Source: Corallochytrium limacisporum Hawaii (lineage: Eukaryota; Protista; Pluriformea). Taken from it: DNA of 64,000 nt. Positions 45,337 to 55,806 of this stretch are shown piece by piece. Each line of letters begins with the position of its first letter. Within the stretch, counting starts at the first letter, position 1. The notes beneath the pieces were generated by a model. It was not told the origin of the DNA, made no database searches, and worked only from the letters and a program-made list of their open reading frames with translations. A program made the translations under genes and the position numbers. The stretch is taken from positions 1 to 64,000 of the forward strand of contig PDIP01000016.1 of the NCBI GenBank assembly GCA_002811645.1, written 5' to 3'.

Positions 45337-47186
45337 TCACGCTCCACCCCGCCGTGCCGGTGTGGTCTTGGGCGTGTTAACCAGTGATGGCGGTTCGCTC
45401 TGGTCAGTCTCTGATGCGTCTCCAGCGAGGGGCCTGGCAGCCTGTTTCGACTGTACCTTCTGCTTCATGGACTTCAGTTTGTCACCGCTGTACGGTTCAC
45501 AGATGGCACGCAGGCTCTGGCCTTTGCACAGCATGCGGTAGCTACGCATAAGTTCGCCCCGAATGTCGTAGAGTGTGTTCTTATCGACCAATCGTCCTAG
45601 ATTGTGACTTGTCTCGAACGGGTCCTCGATGCAAAAGAAGAATCTGTTCTTCTTGCTATTCTGTTTGGTGGTCCATTCCTTATCTTCTTTGTGCAGAATT
45701 TGGCCCAGGCGCGGGCTCACCACCTCTTCGTGGTAATCAAAAATGTGTGCGTAGTATGCAAAGAAGCCATGCAATAGGTGGCCCAGGTCCATGTGGTTTC
45801 GCGTATTTGGGCCAAACCCACGGCGATAGACTTCTTCCATGTCATCACAGAAGTTGACGTCCCAGCCTTCACACATCTTCTTGTTGTCGTCGTCGCTTTC
45901 GTCCATGTTGAGGTTCTTCTTACTTCCTCCCTTGCGCTTGCTCGACTGTCTTTCGATGTCTTTCTGCAGTTCCTGTAGACTCGGCACGACGGGCGGTTCG
46001 CATCGTTGCAAGTAAAAGATAACAAGCATGACGTATCCGTAGGAGCTAAGGGTACCCATGTACGGGTCGTTGATTTTCCTCCGCTTGGCCCAGTGCTTGA
46101 CAACAACAGCCAGCTGCCGGACACGCGGGTCGATCTTGGCATAGGTGGCAAGCAAAGCGGTGTTCTTTAGCGCTAACATGTTGTTGATGGTAATGTCACC
46201 GGAAATGTCTGTGTTAGGGTCCCGAAACTTCATGACTGGCACGCGGGCCTTGGGCAGGCACAGCAGCTCATCCATATCCATCTTCTTCAGGTACTTCTCC
46301 ATCAGGCGTACTATTGTGGCGCGGGAGCGGCCAAATTTCTCTTCGTCAATGATCAGTGTAATGTCCAGATCAGCGTCTCGCAGACCAAACTGGTTTGCGC
46401 TGGAGCCAAACAATGAAAACTCACCGCCCTCGAAGTGCTTGAGCAGCAGCGAAAGGCGAGCCAGGGTCCGATTACGGCGTATGATTTCCTCCGGCTCTGG
46501 ACTCAGTTCCTGGATAATCTGCATCGCCTCTCCAGATATAAAGTGCATATGCCGAGCGCGAGGACGCTCAATATGCACCACTGGTTTTGGTTTGCGCTCG
46601 TACTTCGGCTGGTCCTCAGGGGTAGGCGTGCCGGTGCGGGAGCCTCCATCCTTGGACGCAGTGTCGGCGTTGGCAGCGACGTCAGTTACGCTGCCCTCAC
46701 CTTCAGTGCTGCGATTGCTTGAAGTGCTCAAGGCACGATCACGCTTGGGAGGAGGACCACCAAACTTTTCCTGTAGAATTAGTTTGCGGCGTTCGCCACG
46801 ACCGCGAGGGTCGAGCGCACGCTTTTGGGATCCTGGAGCGTTGTGAGCACTTACTTCAGGAGCACCTTCCTCTCCCCCAATCGTAGCTACAACTTCTGAC
46901 AAAACTTCAGGGGACAGCTCCTCATCATCCTTGGTAATGGTCCTGCTTTCTTCAGTCGCCTCCACGGTTATCTCAACGGGCGGAGTGGTTTCGTCCTTCT
47001 TTTCACCCTCACCCTCCTTGACCTCCTCTTCTTCTTGGATGGAGGACTCCACCGAACTCACCGAACTCAACTCAAAATCTTCAATGTCAGGGTTCAGCGC
47101 CCGCAACTCTACTGAGTCCACATCGCGCAGAGTGACCTTCAACAGAGCTTCCGGCTCCTTCATCCCCACTTGTTGGCGCTGCCTGC

Positions 47187-47230
<44 letters not shown>

Positions 47231-47302
47231 GCGGATGTTAACGTTGGTGAGGGCATTTGCGGCACCACCTGAGCTGGGGGCTGTTGTTGTCGTTGTTGTG
47301 GT

Positions 47303-47387
<85 letters not shown>

Positions 47388-47441
47388 NNNNNNNNNNNNN
47401 NNNNNNNNNNNNNNNNNNNNNNNNNNNNNNNNNNNNNNNNN

Positions 47442-47527
<86 letters not shown>

Positions 47528-48469
47528 ACCTGGCATCTGGAAACGGGCGGCAGCCAAACCAGGTGGAAGTCCCCCGCCAGCCATGGGCCTGTGGCCAATC
47601 TGAACCTCGCGTGACTGGAATTCGTTGAATAGTTGTGGTGCCGGCGATTCACGGGTCTCCATCTGCGTTCCTTGCTGCATCATACCGGGTGGTGGCATTC
47701 GCATGCGCTGGTCCTGGAAGAGTGGCTGTTGTTGTTGCTGTCCGTACTGCGGTCCACTGAAGCGAGGATCATGCTGCTGCTGCTGCTGCTGCTGAGGAGG
47801 AGGGGGTGGTGGTGGCTGTTGTCGCTGCTGGCGGTACTGCATGCCGGGTGGCCCATGGTGATGTCCAGGTGGTGGATGGTGGTGCGACTGATATTGTGGT
47901 TGGGGGTTCATGCCAGGGGGGACCATGCGCATCGCCTGCGTGGTCTGTTCAAACCCAGGAGGAGCACCTCGCTGCTGCGTTGATCCATAGCGGTAGTCGG
48001 GAGGTCCGGCTGGGCCCTGCTGGCCCGGAAAACCTGGTGGGTACTTATTAATATCCTGTCCATAGCCAGGAGGTGGTGGTCCGTTGTATCCGGCCATGCG
48101 CTGTCCCGGTGCTCCGTGTCCCGACATGCTTTGTGCTCCCTGCTGCATATATGGCATTTGGCTCGGTGGGGGAGGTGGCGGAGCGCCTGCTTGCTTGACG
48201 AGGTCGCTAGCTACGCTCTCCACTTCATTGGCACTGAACATGCCAGCAAATCGTGAGCCGCGAGGAAATCCTCCCGAACTAGATCCACCAGGGAGGGCGT
48301 TCTGCCGATATGTTGGTTGATCCATAGGTCCAGAACCGAGGTTAAGCTGCATCTTGAGCTGCTCCTCAAGATCGCTGGAGTTCACAGTCTGCCCAACTGG
48401 ATTGTTGTAGGGTGCTTCCTGTCGCCCAGCATTATCCCAATCACTAGCGGTAAATGTTGAATTGTTCAT
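45337..48469 (-). CDS. Terminal uridylyltransferase (Cid1/URT1/TUT7-like) with polyQ/Pro-rich N-terminal IDR; one gene split by the N gap at 47388-47441
   Basis: FGSS...DADLD nucleotidyltransferase motif, DITINN, VKHWAK, GTLSSY, IEDPFETSHNLG. ORFs 47087-48469 and 45337-47652 each read polyQ on their own side of the gap, so the frame offset is a gap-length artefact. Confidence 0.9.
47187..47527 (-). repeat. Coding (CAACAG)n polyglutamine tracts (47187-47230 and 47301-47527)
   Basis: Perfect tgttgc hexamer arrays on the + strand, interrupted by the N gap. Confidence 0.95.
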
Positions 48470-50125
48470 TGTTTGTGCGTATATATGTAGACAAGAAGGC
48501 CTGCTAGCCTCGTTTCTATGTTGTCTGCGTCATGGTTTGGCGTTGTTGTGCTTTATCCCAATGTCAATATTTCCTAGCTAGTGAGTGCTCGGTCCTGTAC
48601 AATACCGTAATATCATACTCGTGTTGCTAAATAATCTACTACTTGTTCACATAATTTCATGTGTAGTAAGATTTCGTTTCAGTTGACTTTGATCATGTGC
48701 CTTGTGCATTTTACTACCTGTCGGATTTCCGGCTTTCAAGAGTCTCAACACCGCGCACGCCGTCGGCCACACACCCAAACACGTCACACCTACGCGCCAA
48801 AATGGATCCCACACACGCACACGCACACTCATACACATACACCCGCGCGCACGAAACGAGCTTCGCACACGAACGCTCTGTTTAATTTTGCCCCTTGGCG
48901 ACAACAACGGCACAACTGTGTTTGCCTCGTCTCCACCTCTGTCCGTTACAGGCGGACCACCCAAGCCTGCTGCCCAACCCCCCCCCCTCCCCACTCGTGT
49001 CAGTGTGGCACACAGAAAGCAAATGAAAGAAAACCCCTTGGCCAACCAAAAACCCCTTACACCCCCCCCCCCTAGCCCGTTGGCACACACACCCAAGCCA
49101 CCCCTGGCCACTACAACACCCCAACCCCAACGTTGCGGTTCCACCACCCCTGCCACACCGGCGACTAGCCCGGGAAAAAGCGGCTGAGAACCCTTTGGCC
49201 CTGGCGTACCCCTCGCTGCATTTGCTATAGCGCTGAAGCTGGGTGCGGCGAGGGTCCCCCCCACCTCGCACTCCCCGTTCTTCTGGACCTTTTGCCTGGG
49301 GTCTCACCCGAATGCGGTACATTCACGCACGTCCCACCAATAATTTTCGGTTCTCAGGTAAATCACCACTTCCGTCCTTCACCCGGAAGTGAGACCACCC
49401 CCCACCCGGCCGGTCGGGAGTTGGGTGGGGAGAGATTCAATTTTCACTATGGACAATGGACCGTTTTATTTCTTTCTGTAGGGTTTCCGGCAAACCTAAA
49501 TATGAGGATCAGTACTTTCAGTATGGCATTTGGCCCACGTATTTGTGAAAATACTTTCGGTACGATGGCCATACTACAGCGGGCACGGTTGTCGCAGTAC
49601 TCACAATGACCATCCGATGTATAGACTCCTGAAGGATGCTGAAATATATTCTGAATCATTAGATGAATTCAAGACTAAGTCTTGTCCTTCGGCACTGGCA
49701 AGCTATGATTCTGCAAGTATATGGGTTCGCCACGGCTCGTACTCCGGCAAAAAATATTTATGAATCAATTTGAGACGCATGAAATCGAAAGTGGCTGTCG
49801 TAGGTTAGTAATACTTTCAGTTTCAGTACCACTGGCCGCCTTCCCCCCCATCCCCCCAATCCCCAAGGGGTGGAGGGGTTGGAGGCCGACACTTAGTTGG
49901 GCGCACTGGCAGCAGCAACATGTTGCCAAACCCACAGCATTTGGACAGTCTATTTGGGGCATGACCTCAATTCCAAATTACGAATAGCAGTCATTATTTG
50001 CTCAAGATGCGTTCATGCGAGCAAAATGATAGATAGGACAGTCCTTGGCAGGCGGCGGGTACCGTGCAAGGGAGTTGAAATATCAGTCATGATCGAGACG
50101 GTTGGGGAACCCTAGGACCCGAACC

Positions 50126-52678
50126 ATGAAGCCGAGTGCACAGTTGCGAAAACGCAGAAATGCACAAAAGGCTGCTCCCAGCAGCCAGTCACCTTTGAGA
50201 AGCGGAAACGCTGCCACACATAACAATACCAGGAACAGTGACGGAGCACAAGCTGAAGGTGTCCAATCGACATGGAGCAAAATACCGAACTCTGCGATAT
50301 CACCACGGACAACCAAATCTTCGAGTAAACTGGAAAGAAGGGACCTCATTATCTTTGTATGTGCCAGTTTCTTACTCTTGCTATATCTTCAGAGCCGATA
50401 CCTTGAAAGTTTGGACATGAGCATTGGATTTTTCGAGTCGAAGAATGACATGGCGACCATGATAGCACGATACATTGACAGTGGAGGTGAAGCTTCTGTT
50501 GGTAGCAAATGCTCGCTGACAATTGAGAACTGGACTCTGGATGACGCAAATTGGGACCACTCCGGAGAGTTGATCATGGCTCTCAACGATCACGGGACGT
50601 GCAAGTCGGTGCAGTCAAACCCTGTCTGGACGTTTAGCTACTTTGAAATGCACCGACCTTACGTCAAGCGAAAACTTCTCCCGCACGGCACCATGCGCCC
50701 CTCTCGCTTCCTGGCCTGGCCAGATGAAAGTAAGGACGCAGACAGCAATCAGAAACAGAAACCGTTTTGCCCCTCAGTGCGTGCTTTACATGTTCTTGGT
50801 GACGATGCAAGCATTACCGAATCTACACCATCCGATGATGGAATGTCTACAGCAAAGGGCGACCGGACAAGCAACATGATTGCACTTGTCTGCCATCCAC
50901 TGAAGCTGGTCATGGTCGATAGTACATCATCCCTGTTTTTCACTCCCATCTTCACCCCTCCAAAGTCCCCTCACGCCCTGGCAGCAATCGACGACACCAT
51001 TCGACCGTTGTCCGTGCTCTGGAGTCTGGACCTGAAGCCTCTACTCTTCGCTCAGCAATTGGGAGACGATGAGGATCAGCCAAACGTGGAAGTAGTTGAC
51101 GATGATACTATGAACGAACGGATCCAGGAGATTGCTCTTACGAATTCTCCATCTCAGCTCATTGTCAGCGTTCGGATGCACCGTACACTACTCACAGTCA
51201 ACGCAGACATCCGTACGGGTAACCTGCGCTGGCAGCACACTGCGGATACCAGCGTGGACGACCAAGTTGACGGTTCTCTATTTCACCCGTCACAGTACAA
51301 TGGAAGCGGCCAGACTTCCAATTCCCAAAACGGAAAGGAGCAGAAGGCGTCTCTTTTTTCCGAGTTCCAACACGTCAAGCACAAGGCAGCCATCGGCTCC
51401 GAATTACCGCATCATTGGTCTGGCCCTCAAGACATGACAGTCGCCACCTCTCTGTATGACAGCTCGTATCTTGCCTTTGCTGCTGGTACGCGCAGTAACC
51501 ACACCGGGTTTGGAAGCGCACTCCGAATGGCCGTATCACCATCCCGATTCCGCACTTCCTACGCGAAACGGAACACGTCCTCCGATGTGAGCCAAATGAA
51601 CGCAGTTGTAGTTCATCATCGTGACGGAATTCACGTCCTCGATCTCATTACCGGCCGACAGAGAGCACACGTCCGCTTACCCGCCAGTCCGGCTGTAACA
51701 TACATCGACTTGCAGCGCGAAGGAACGATCAAGCAAATCATTGTTGGCGGACATGTCGGATCAGGCGATGATCATATCAACACGAAGGCCCACAAGTCGT
51801 CCCTGGACAAGACAGACGACCTCCCAACCCAAACGCAGCATGTAATTGCTTCACTCGGTCCGTGTGAGGCGATGCTTGTGGAAGGCCATCCGATCACTCG
51901 CGAGGTGCGAAAAGTGGACCCCTGCCATGGCGCAGTACCCTCGGCCAATGCAGCGGAGGCAGCGAAGGACGAACGTTCTCAGTCGGAGAGGGCCGGCGCT
52001 AAGGCCGGTCAAGGAGGTAGGGAAGGCCTTGACATGGGCTCCCGAGGATCTGGCGCCCATTCCTTTGTGCCCTGGAGTAGTGCTGAAGTACTTACCCCAG
52101 TTATCACCACGCGGTCCTCTGGTTACCTTCAGCAGCAGTCCGATGCGCTAATGATCTTCCTCTCAGACTCGGGCTACCTTACCGCACTCCATGAAGACGG
52201 GAGCATTGCGTGGGAAGCACACACTCTCTGTGCTTGGGATGGTCGGCGGGTGCGGCACAGCAACTTCCGCCCACGTGGCCTGGCCCTTGTGCAGCTCGCC
52301 CATCGACGTGAACATTTCATTCTGTCCTCACAGGAACTGACTGAAGACCTGCTTCTGCTCTGGGGCGAGGCGTACGTCGAGATATGGAATTTGCATGGCA
52401 CACGGATGGTGCAACATGATCTGCCCTGTGTGCCCAGTGGAGGATACGCCCTCGCAGACCTGGACGGCAATGGATGGCGAGACCTTGTCCTTCAGTGTGA
52501 CACCCATATAGTCGGGCTGATGATTGACCACCGACCAGAGCAGCGCGTCCTGGCAGTGTTTGTGTTCCTGGCTTGGCTCGTCGGCCTGCTTGCCCTGCTC
52601 ACCGATGTGATTGGCGAGAACAACGCATTTGATCGCCTCATCAATCGAATGACCGTTCCTCCTTTGCCAAACTCTTAA
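50126..52678 (+). CDS. FG-GAP/beta-propeller membrane protein, At3g51050 (NERD1)-like
   Basis: N-terminal RRDL + TM, LPHHW, NAVVVHHRDGIHVLDLITGR, PCEAM...CH, IFLSDSG, DLDGNGWRDLV (FG-GAP Ca-binding type), C-terminal TM. ATG at 50126. Confidence 0.75.
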   Translation: MKPSAQLRKRRNAQKAAPSSQSPLRSGNAATHNNTRNSDGAQAEGVQSTWSKIPNSAISPRTTKSSSKLERRDLIIFVCASFLLLLYLQSRYLESLDMSIGFFESKNDMATMIARYIDSGGEASVGSKCSLTIENWTLDDANWDHSGELIMALNDHGTCKSVQSNPVWTFSYFEMHRPYVKRKLLPHGTMRPSRFLAWPDESKDADSNQKQKPFCPSVRALHVLGDDASITESTPSDDGMSTAKGDRTSNMIALVCHPLKLVMVDSTSSLFFTPIFTPPKSPHALAAIDDTIRPLSVLWSLDLKPLLFAQQLGDDEDQPNVEVVDDDTMNERIQEIALTNSPSQLIVSVRMHRTLLTVNADIRTGNLRWQHTADTSVDDQVDGSLFHPSQYNGSGQTSNSQNGKEQKASLFSEFQHVKHKAAIGSELPHHWSGPQDMTVATSLYDSSYLAFAAGTRSNHTGFGSALRMAVSPSRFRTSYAKRNTSSDVSQMNAVVVHHRDGIHVLDLITGRQRAHVRLPASPAVTYIDLQREGTIKQIIVGGHVGSGDDHINTKAHKSSLDKTDDLPTQTQHVIASLGPCEAMLVEGHPITREVRKVDPCHGAVPSANAAEAAKDERSQSERAGAKAGQGGREGLDMGSRGSGAHSFVPWSSAEVLTPVITTRSSGYLQQQSDALMIFLSDSGYLTALHEDGSIAWEAHTLCAWDGRRVRHSNFRPRGLALVQLAHRREHFILSSQELTEDLLLLWGEAYVEIWNLHGTRMVQHDLPCVPSGGYALADLDGNGWRDLVLQCDTHIVGLMIDHRPEQRVLAVFVFLAWLVGLLALLTDVIGENNAFDRLINRMTVPPLPNS

Positions 52679-52796
52679 AGAAATGACCAACTTAGTATCA
52701 GTGTTTGCAACATCACATAGTTCAAATTCAGGTTCTAAAATATTACATATATAGTCTCGGAATCACAGTTTGGAAAAACTGATCAATGATCCAGTT

Positions 52797-54830
52797 CTAG
52801 AGAGCGGACGCCTTGACTTGGGCACTGGCCATTGGCTTCATGCGCACCATCTGCTGACCCTCGGCATTTACCCAACGTTCAGTGTACTGCTCAATCAGAA
52901 ACCTGAGCCGGGCAACGTTTCCATTCTTATCGAGCTGCGGTGCAAAGTTGGCATAGATGCTGGACAATTCACGGGGCTCCCGCACAAAGGTGTGAAAGTC
53001 TTGCAGTGAGATGGCATTGTGATTCAAGCCAACCCAGCCCTCTTTACTGCGCAGCGTACCGTCAAACCGTTTGATGAGATTCAAGGGGGGCTGTGGATCT
53101 GGCATGTTGTGGATTTTGTCCTCAACATCGACCGCGCTCATGCCATTGACGATGTCGTTGACGGGCTGCTTAGCCTTGCGTTCCTTCGGAGTTTTGCCGT
53201 CCATTGCACAGACCATGTTGAGGTGCTCAATGTTGCTAGCGTCAACTTCCGTGTCCAGACCCTTGTTCGCTATCGCGAACAGATTCGGCAGGCATGCAGG
53301 TCCGACCTGCTGCGCGCTCAATCGTCCAGTGCTGCCAGGGATCATAGTGTGCACCGTGTTGGTGAGCGCATGGCTAAAATCTTCTCCGAAGTTCATGAGT
53401 TTGTGTGCAGAGATATAGTATTCTTCGAAGCGGCGGCCCATGTTCGAGGTCTGGCGCAGAGTTCGGACGAGTTGGAGAGTGGATAGCGCCGCTGGCCGTG
53501 GAAGTGCACCCAGACGCTCCGCGGTCAAACGTCCGAACGGCTGGTCCCGGCTCCGCTCCAGGGCTCCGACAATACCGTCAAGAGTAGGCTGACTGAAACA
53601 AGTGTTGATGGTTTGCAGATGATCCTTGGTGATGCGACCTGCGTCCACTGGCTTCGCATTAATCTCCTGGAGACAGATTTGCAGATAGGACGGGTGCAGA
53701 GATGGCATGGAGTTCAGAGAGTCTGCGAAGACGGACAGACGCTCCTCGGGCACAATGTCGGAGATGATGCCTAGATGGAAGCAGTCTTCTACTGTAAGTT
53801 CAGGACAGGCCAAGGCCAGGTACTCTCCGATTCGACCCTCCAAGGAGGCCATGGATATGACAGAAGGTCCAGGTAAACCGAGAGCACCATTCGAAGACGA
53901 CTCATCCCAAAGCCCTTGGAAGCGCAGAGTAGCCCCAGGGCTCATCAGACGGTGCTCCATGAGCAACAGCGTGTCCGCGACAAGACCAGAGTTCATGCCC
54001 GATGTGAACATGGCCAAAACGGGGCTACGGCAGTGAGTGGCCTGATAAGCGCCGTAGAGTTGGTTCCGGAGCATCAGGAGGCAGCGCTCATTGCCGGCGG
54101 TCTGCGCGTCAGTCTCAGACAGCGTCTCTGTGCCGTCCTTGTAGAGATCAGCAACGTTGTGCCGAACATTTTGGTTACCAAAATACCTATCCTCCAGCTC
54201 AGTTACCAACGCATTGTAGTCGTTGACGTAGCCGCCGCCTAAGGCGGCGTTTTTGTTCAGAGCGGCCTGTCGAATAGCAAGCTCATCGTATGCAAGCTTC
54301 AGTTCGGTTCCATCGTTGCTATCTCCAGGGATAATGCGATAGAAGCCATCAGTAGCCTGTCCTGTGCCACGTCTCATTACGCCCTCACCTATGAAGAAAC
54401 CGTCTGCGGGTAGGTCGGATACTGTGCTGGCTTTGCGCCATGATCGGTACTTGCCCGTCATGCGTTCGTCTATGTATTCAAACTGATCGGGTATGGGTTC
54501 TGCAATCAACCCGTAGTAGCTCTGCCTGAACTCTGCGGTCATACTGCTGGCGTGGCGTGTCTCGCAGAGATAGACTTGGTCTTTGATCGATCCCATGGCA
54601 TTCGCAGCAACCATGTTGTCACGAAAAGCCGATGAGGCCGGGAGATCCCACTGCAACTCGTGCGCTCTGGGCCAACCGAGGGCCAGACGTCGGAGTTTCC
54701 CTTTGCCATACGGTGTGATAAGCGGGCTGTAAAGTTGATTTTGTGCTACATTGGTGGGCAAGGGACCCGCAGGTGGAAGTCGCTCCAGCTTGCGCCGGAA
54801 CGTGATCCGCATGGGCCTTTTGATCACCAT
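52797..54830 (-). CDS. Divergent crotonase-fold HIBCH/Ehd3 (mS47)-like protein, probably mitochondrial
   Basis: GEYLALACPELTVEDCFHLGIISDIVPEERL and INTCFSQPTLDGIVGALER...STLQLVR match the HIBCH/ECH_2 C-terminal half. Arg-rich N-terminus. Catalytic motifs are not recognisable. Confidence 0.65.
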   Translation of the reverse strand: MVIKRPMRITFRRKLERLPPAGPLPTNVAQNQLYSPLITPYGKGKLRRLALGWPRAHELQWDLPASSAFRDNMVAANAMGSIKDQVYLCETRHASSMTAEFRQSYYGLIAEPIPDQFEYIDERMTGKYRSWRKASTVSDLPADGFFIGEGVMRRGTGQATDGFYRIIPGDSNDGTELKLAYDELAIRQAALNKNAALGGGYVNDYNALVTELEDRYFGNQNVRHNVADLYKDGTETLSETDAQTAGNERCLLMLRNQLYGAYQATHCRSPVLAMFTSGMNSGLVADTLLLMEHRLMSPGATLRFQGLWDESSSNGALGLPGPSVISMASLEGRIGEYLALACPELTVEDCFHLGIISDIVPEERLSVFADSLNSMPSLHPSYLQICLQEINAKPVDAGRITKDHLQTINTCFSQPTLDGIVGALERSRDQPFGRLTAERLGALPRPAALSTLQLVRTLRQTSNMGRRFEEYYISAHKLMNFGEDFSHALTNTVHTMIPGSTGRLSAQQVGPACLPNLFAIANKGLDTEVDASNIEHLNMVCAMDGKTPKERKAKQPVNDIVNGMSAVDVEDKIHNMPDPQPPLNLIKRFDGTLRSKEGWVGLNHNAISLQDFHTFVREPRELSSIYANFAPQLDKNGNVARLRFLIEQYTERWVNAEGQQMVRMKPMASAQVKASAL

Positions 54831-55806
54831 GGTGAAAACCTTTCCGTATCTATTTGCTACTTAAACTTCTTCTTCTAAGAGCCATGAATGAACTAAGCAG
54901 TATTAGTTCGTTTACATGATGATTCAATCAATTCTCCGACTCGTCCCCTACATACCACTTTAATGTGTGCATCACAGTGTAGGGTCATAAACAATCTTTT
55001 ACGAATGTTGACCCATCACAAGTACCTACATGACAACCTCTTGTTCAGGGGTTCCTTTTCAAATGTAAATTCCACGAATTGTAACCATCATTTCTTTGTT
55101 AAATGTTTCTTCGTTCCCAAGGATGCAGTTCTCGAAGACAATTGTGTGCCGCACGGAAGGTGTGTGAGCGCGGTGCTGGAGGTGTATGCATTCGGGCTGG
55201 ACTAGTGGGTCCATGCGACCGTCCCCAGGCAGACATAGCTACTCTGTGATTGTTGGAATCAGAGTAGTTTCTCTCGTATTGTATGGAAAATATATGTAGT
55301 GATGTGTGGAGTATATTTCGCCACTGATTCAAAAATTTTACTACTTTTTTCCACGCTGGGGCGGTTTGATTCACATTGTAAATCAAGGGGGAGGTATGGT
55401 CGACGGGAAACCGCGGGGTGAAGGGGAAAGAGACAGGCCAAAGGGCAGGATTTTGGTTCTTCTTGTTGCCTCTCAACCCAACCTCACAGTCTCCTCCCCG
55501 ACCGGATCCTCCCGCCTACAGCCTCCCTCCGGGGATCGAGAGTGGATGACATAGTAATGGGAGGAGAGCTGCGGGAAAGAGTCTGTTGTACCGGTAAAAT
55601 TGCTACTTGGGTCTTCGTTCCGCTCTTCTACTGCGGCCATGGTCTGCCCTGCCACAGGTATAGAAAGAGCAACTTGGTGAGCTTCTTGCTGATGAAAAGA
55701 ATTGGTATGGTTCTTACGGATCTAGCAAGGGAGTCGCACAATCTACGTCTTGTGCTAAATTGCGAAATATGTCGTGAGTTGCAAACCCAACCATATACAC
55801 ACACCG

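Noticed and set aside
47087-47652. Programmed frameshift or two separate genes at the TUTase locus
   Set aside because: The frame change falls exactly in an N gap within a hexamer repeat.
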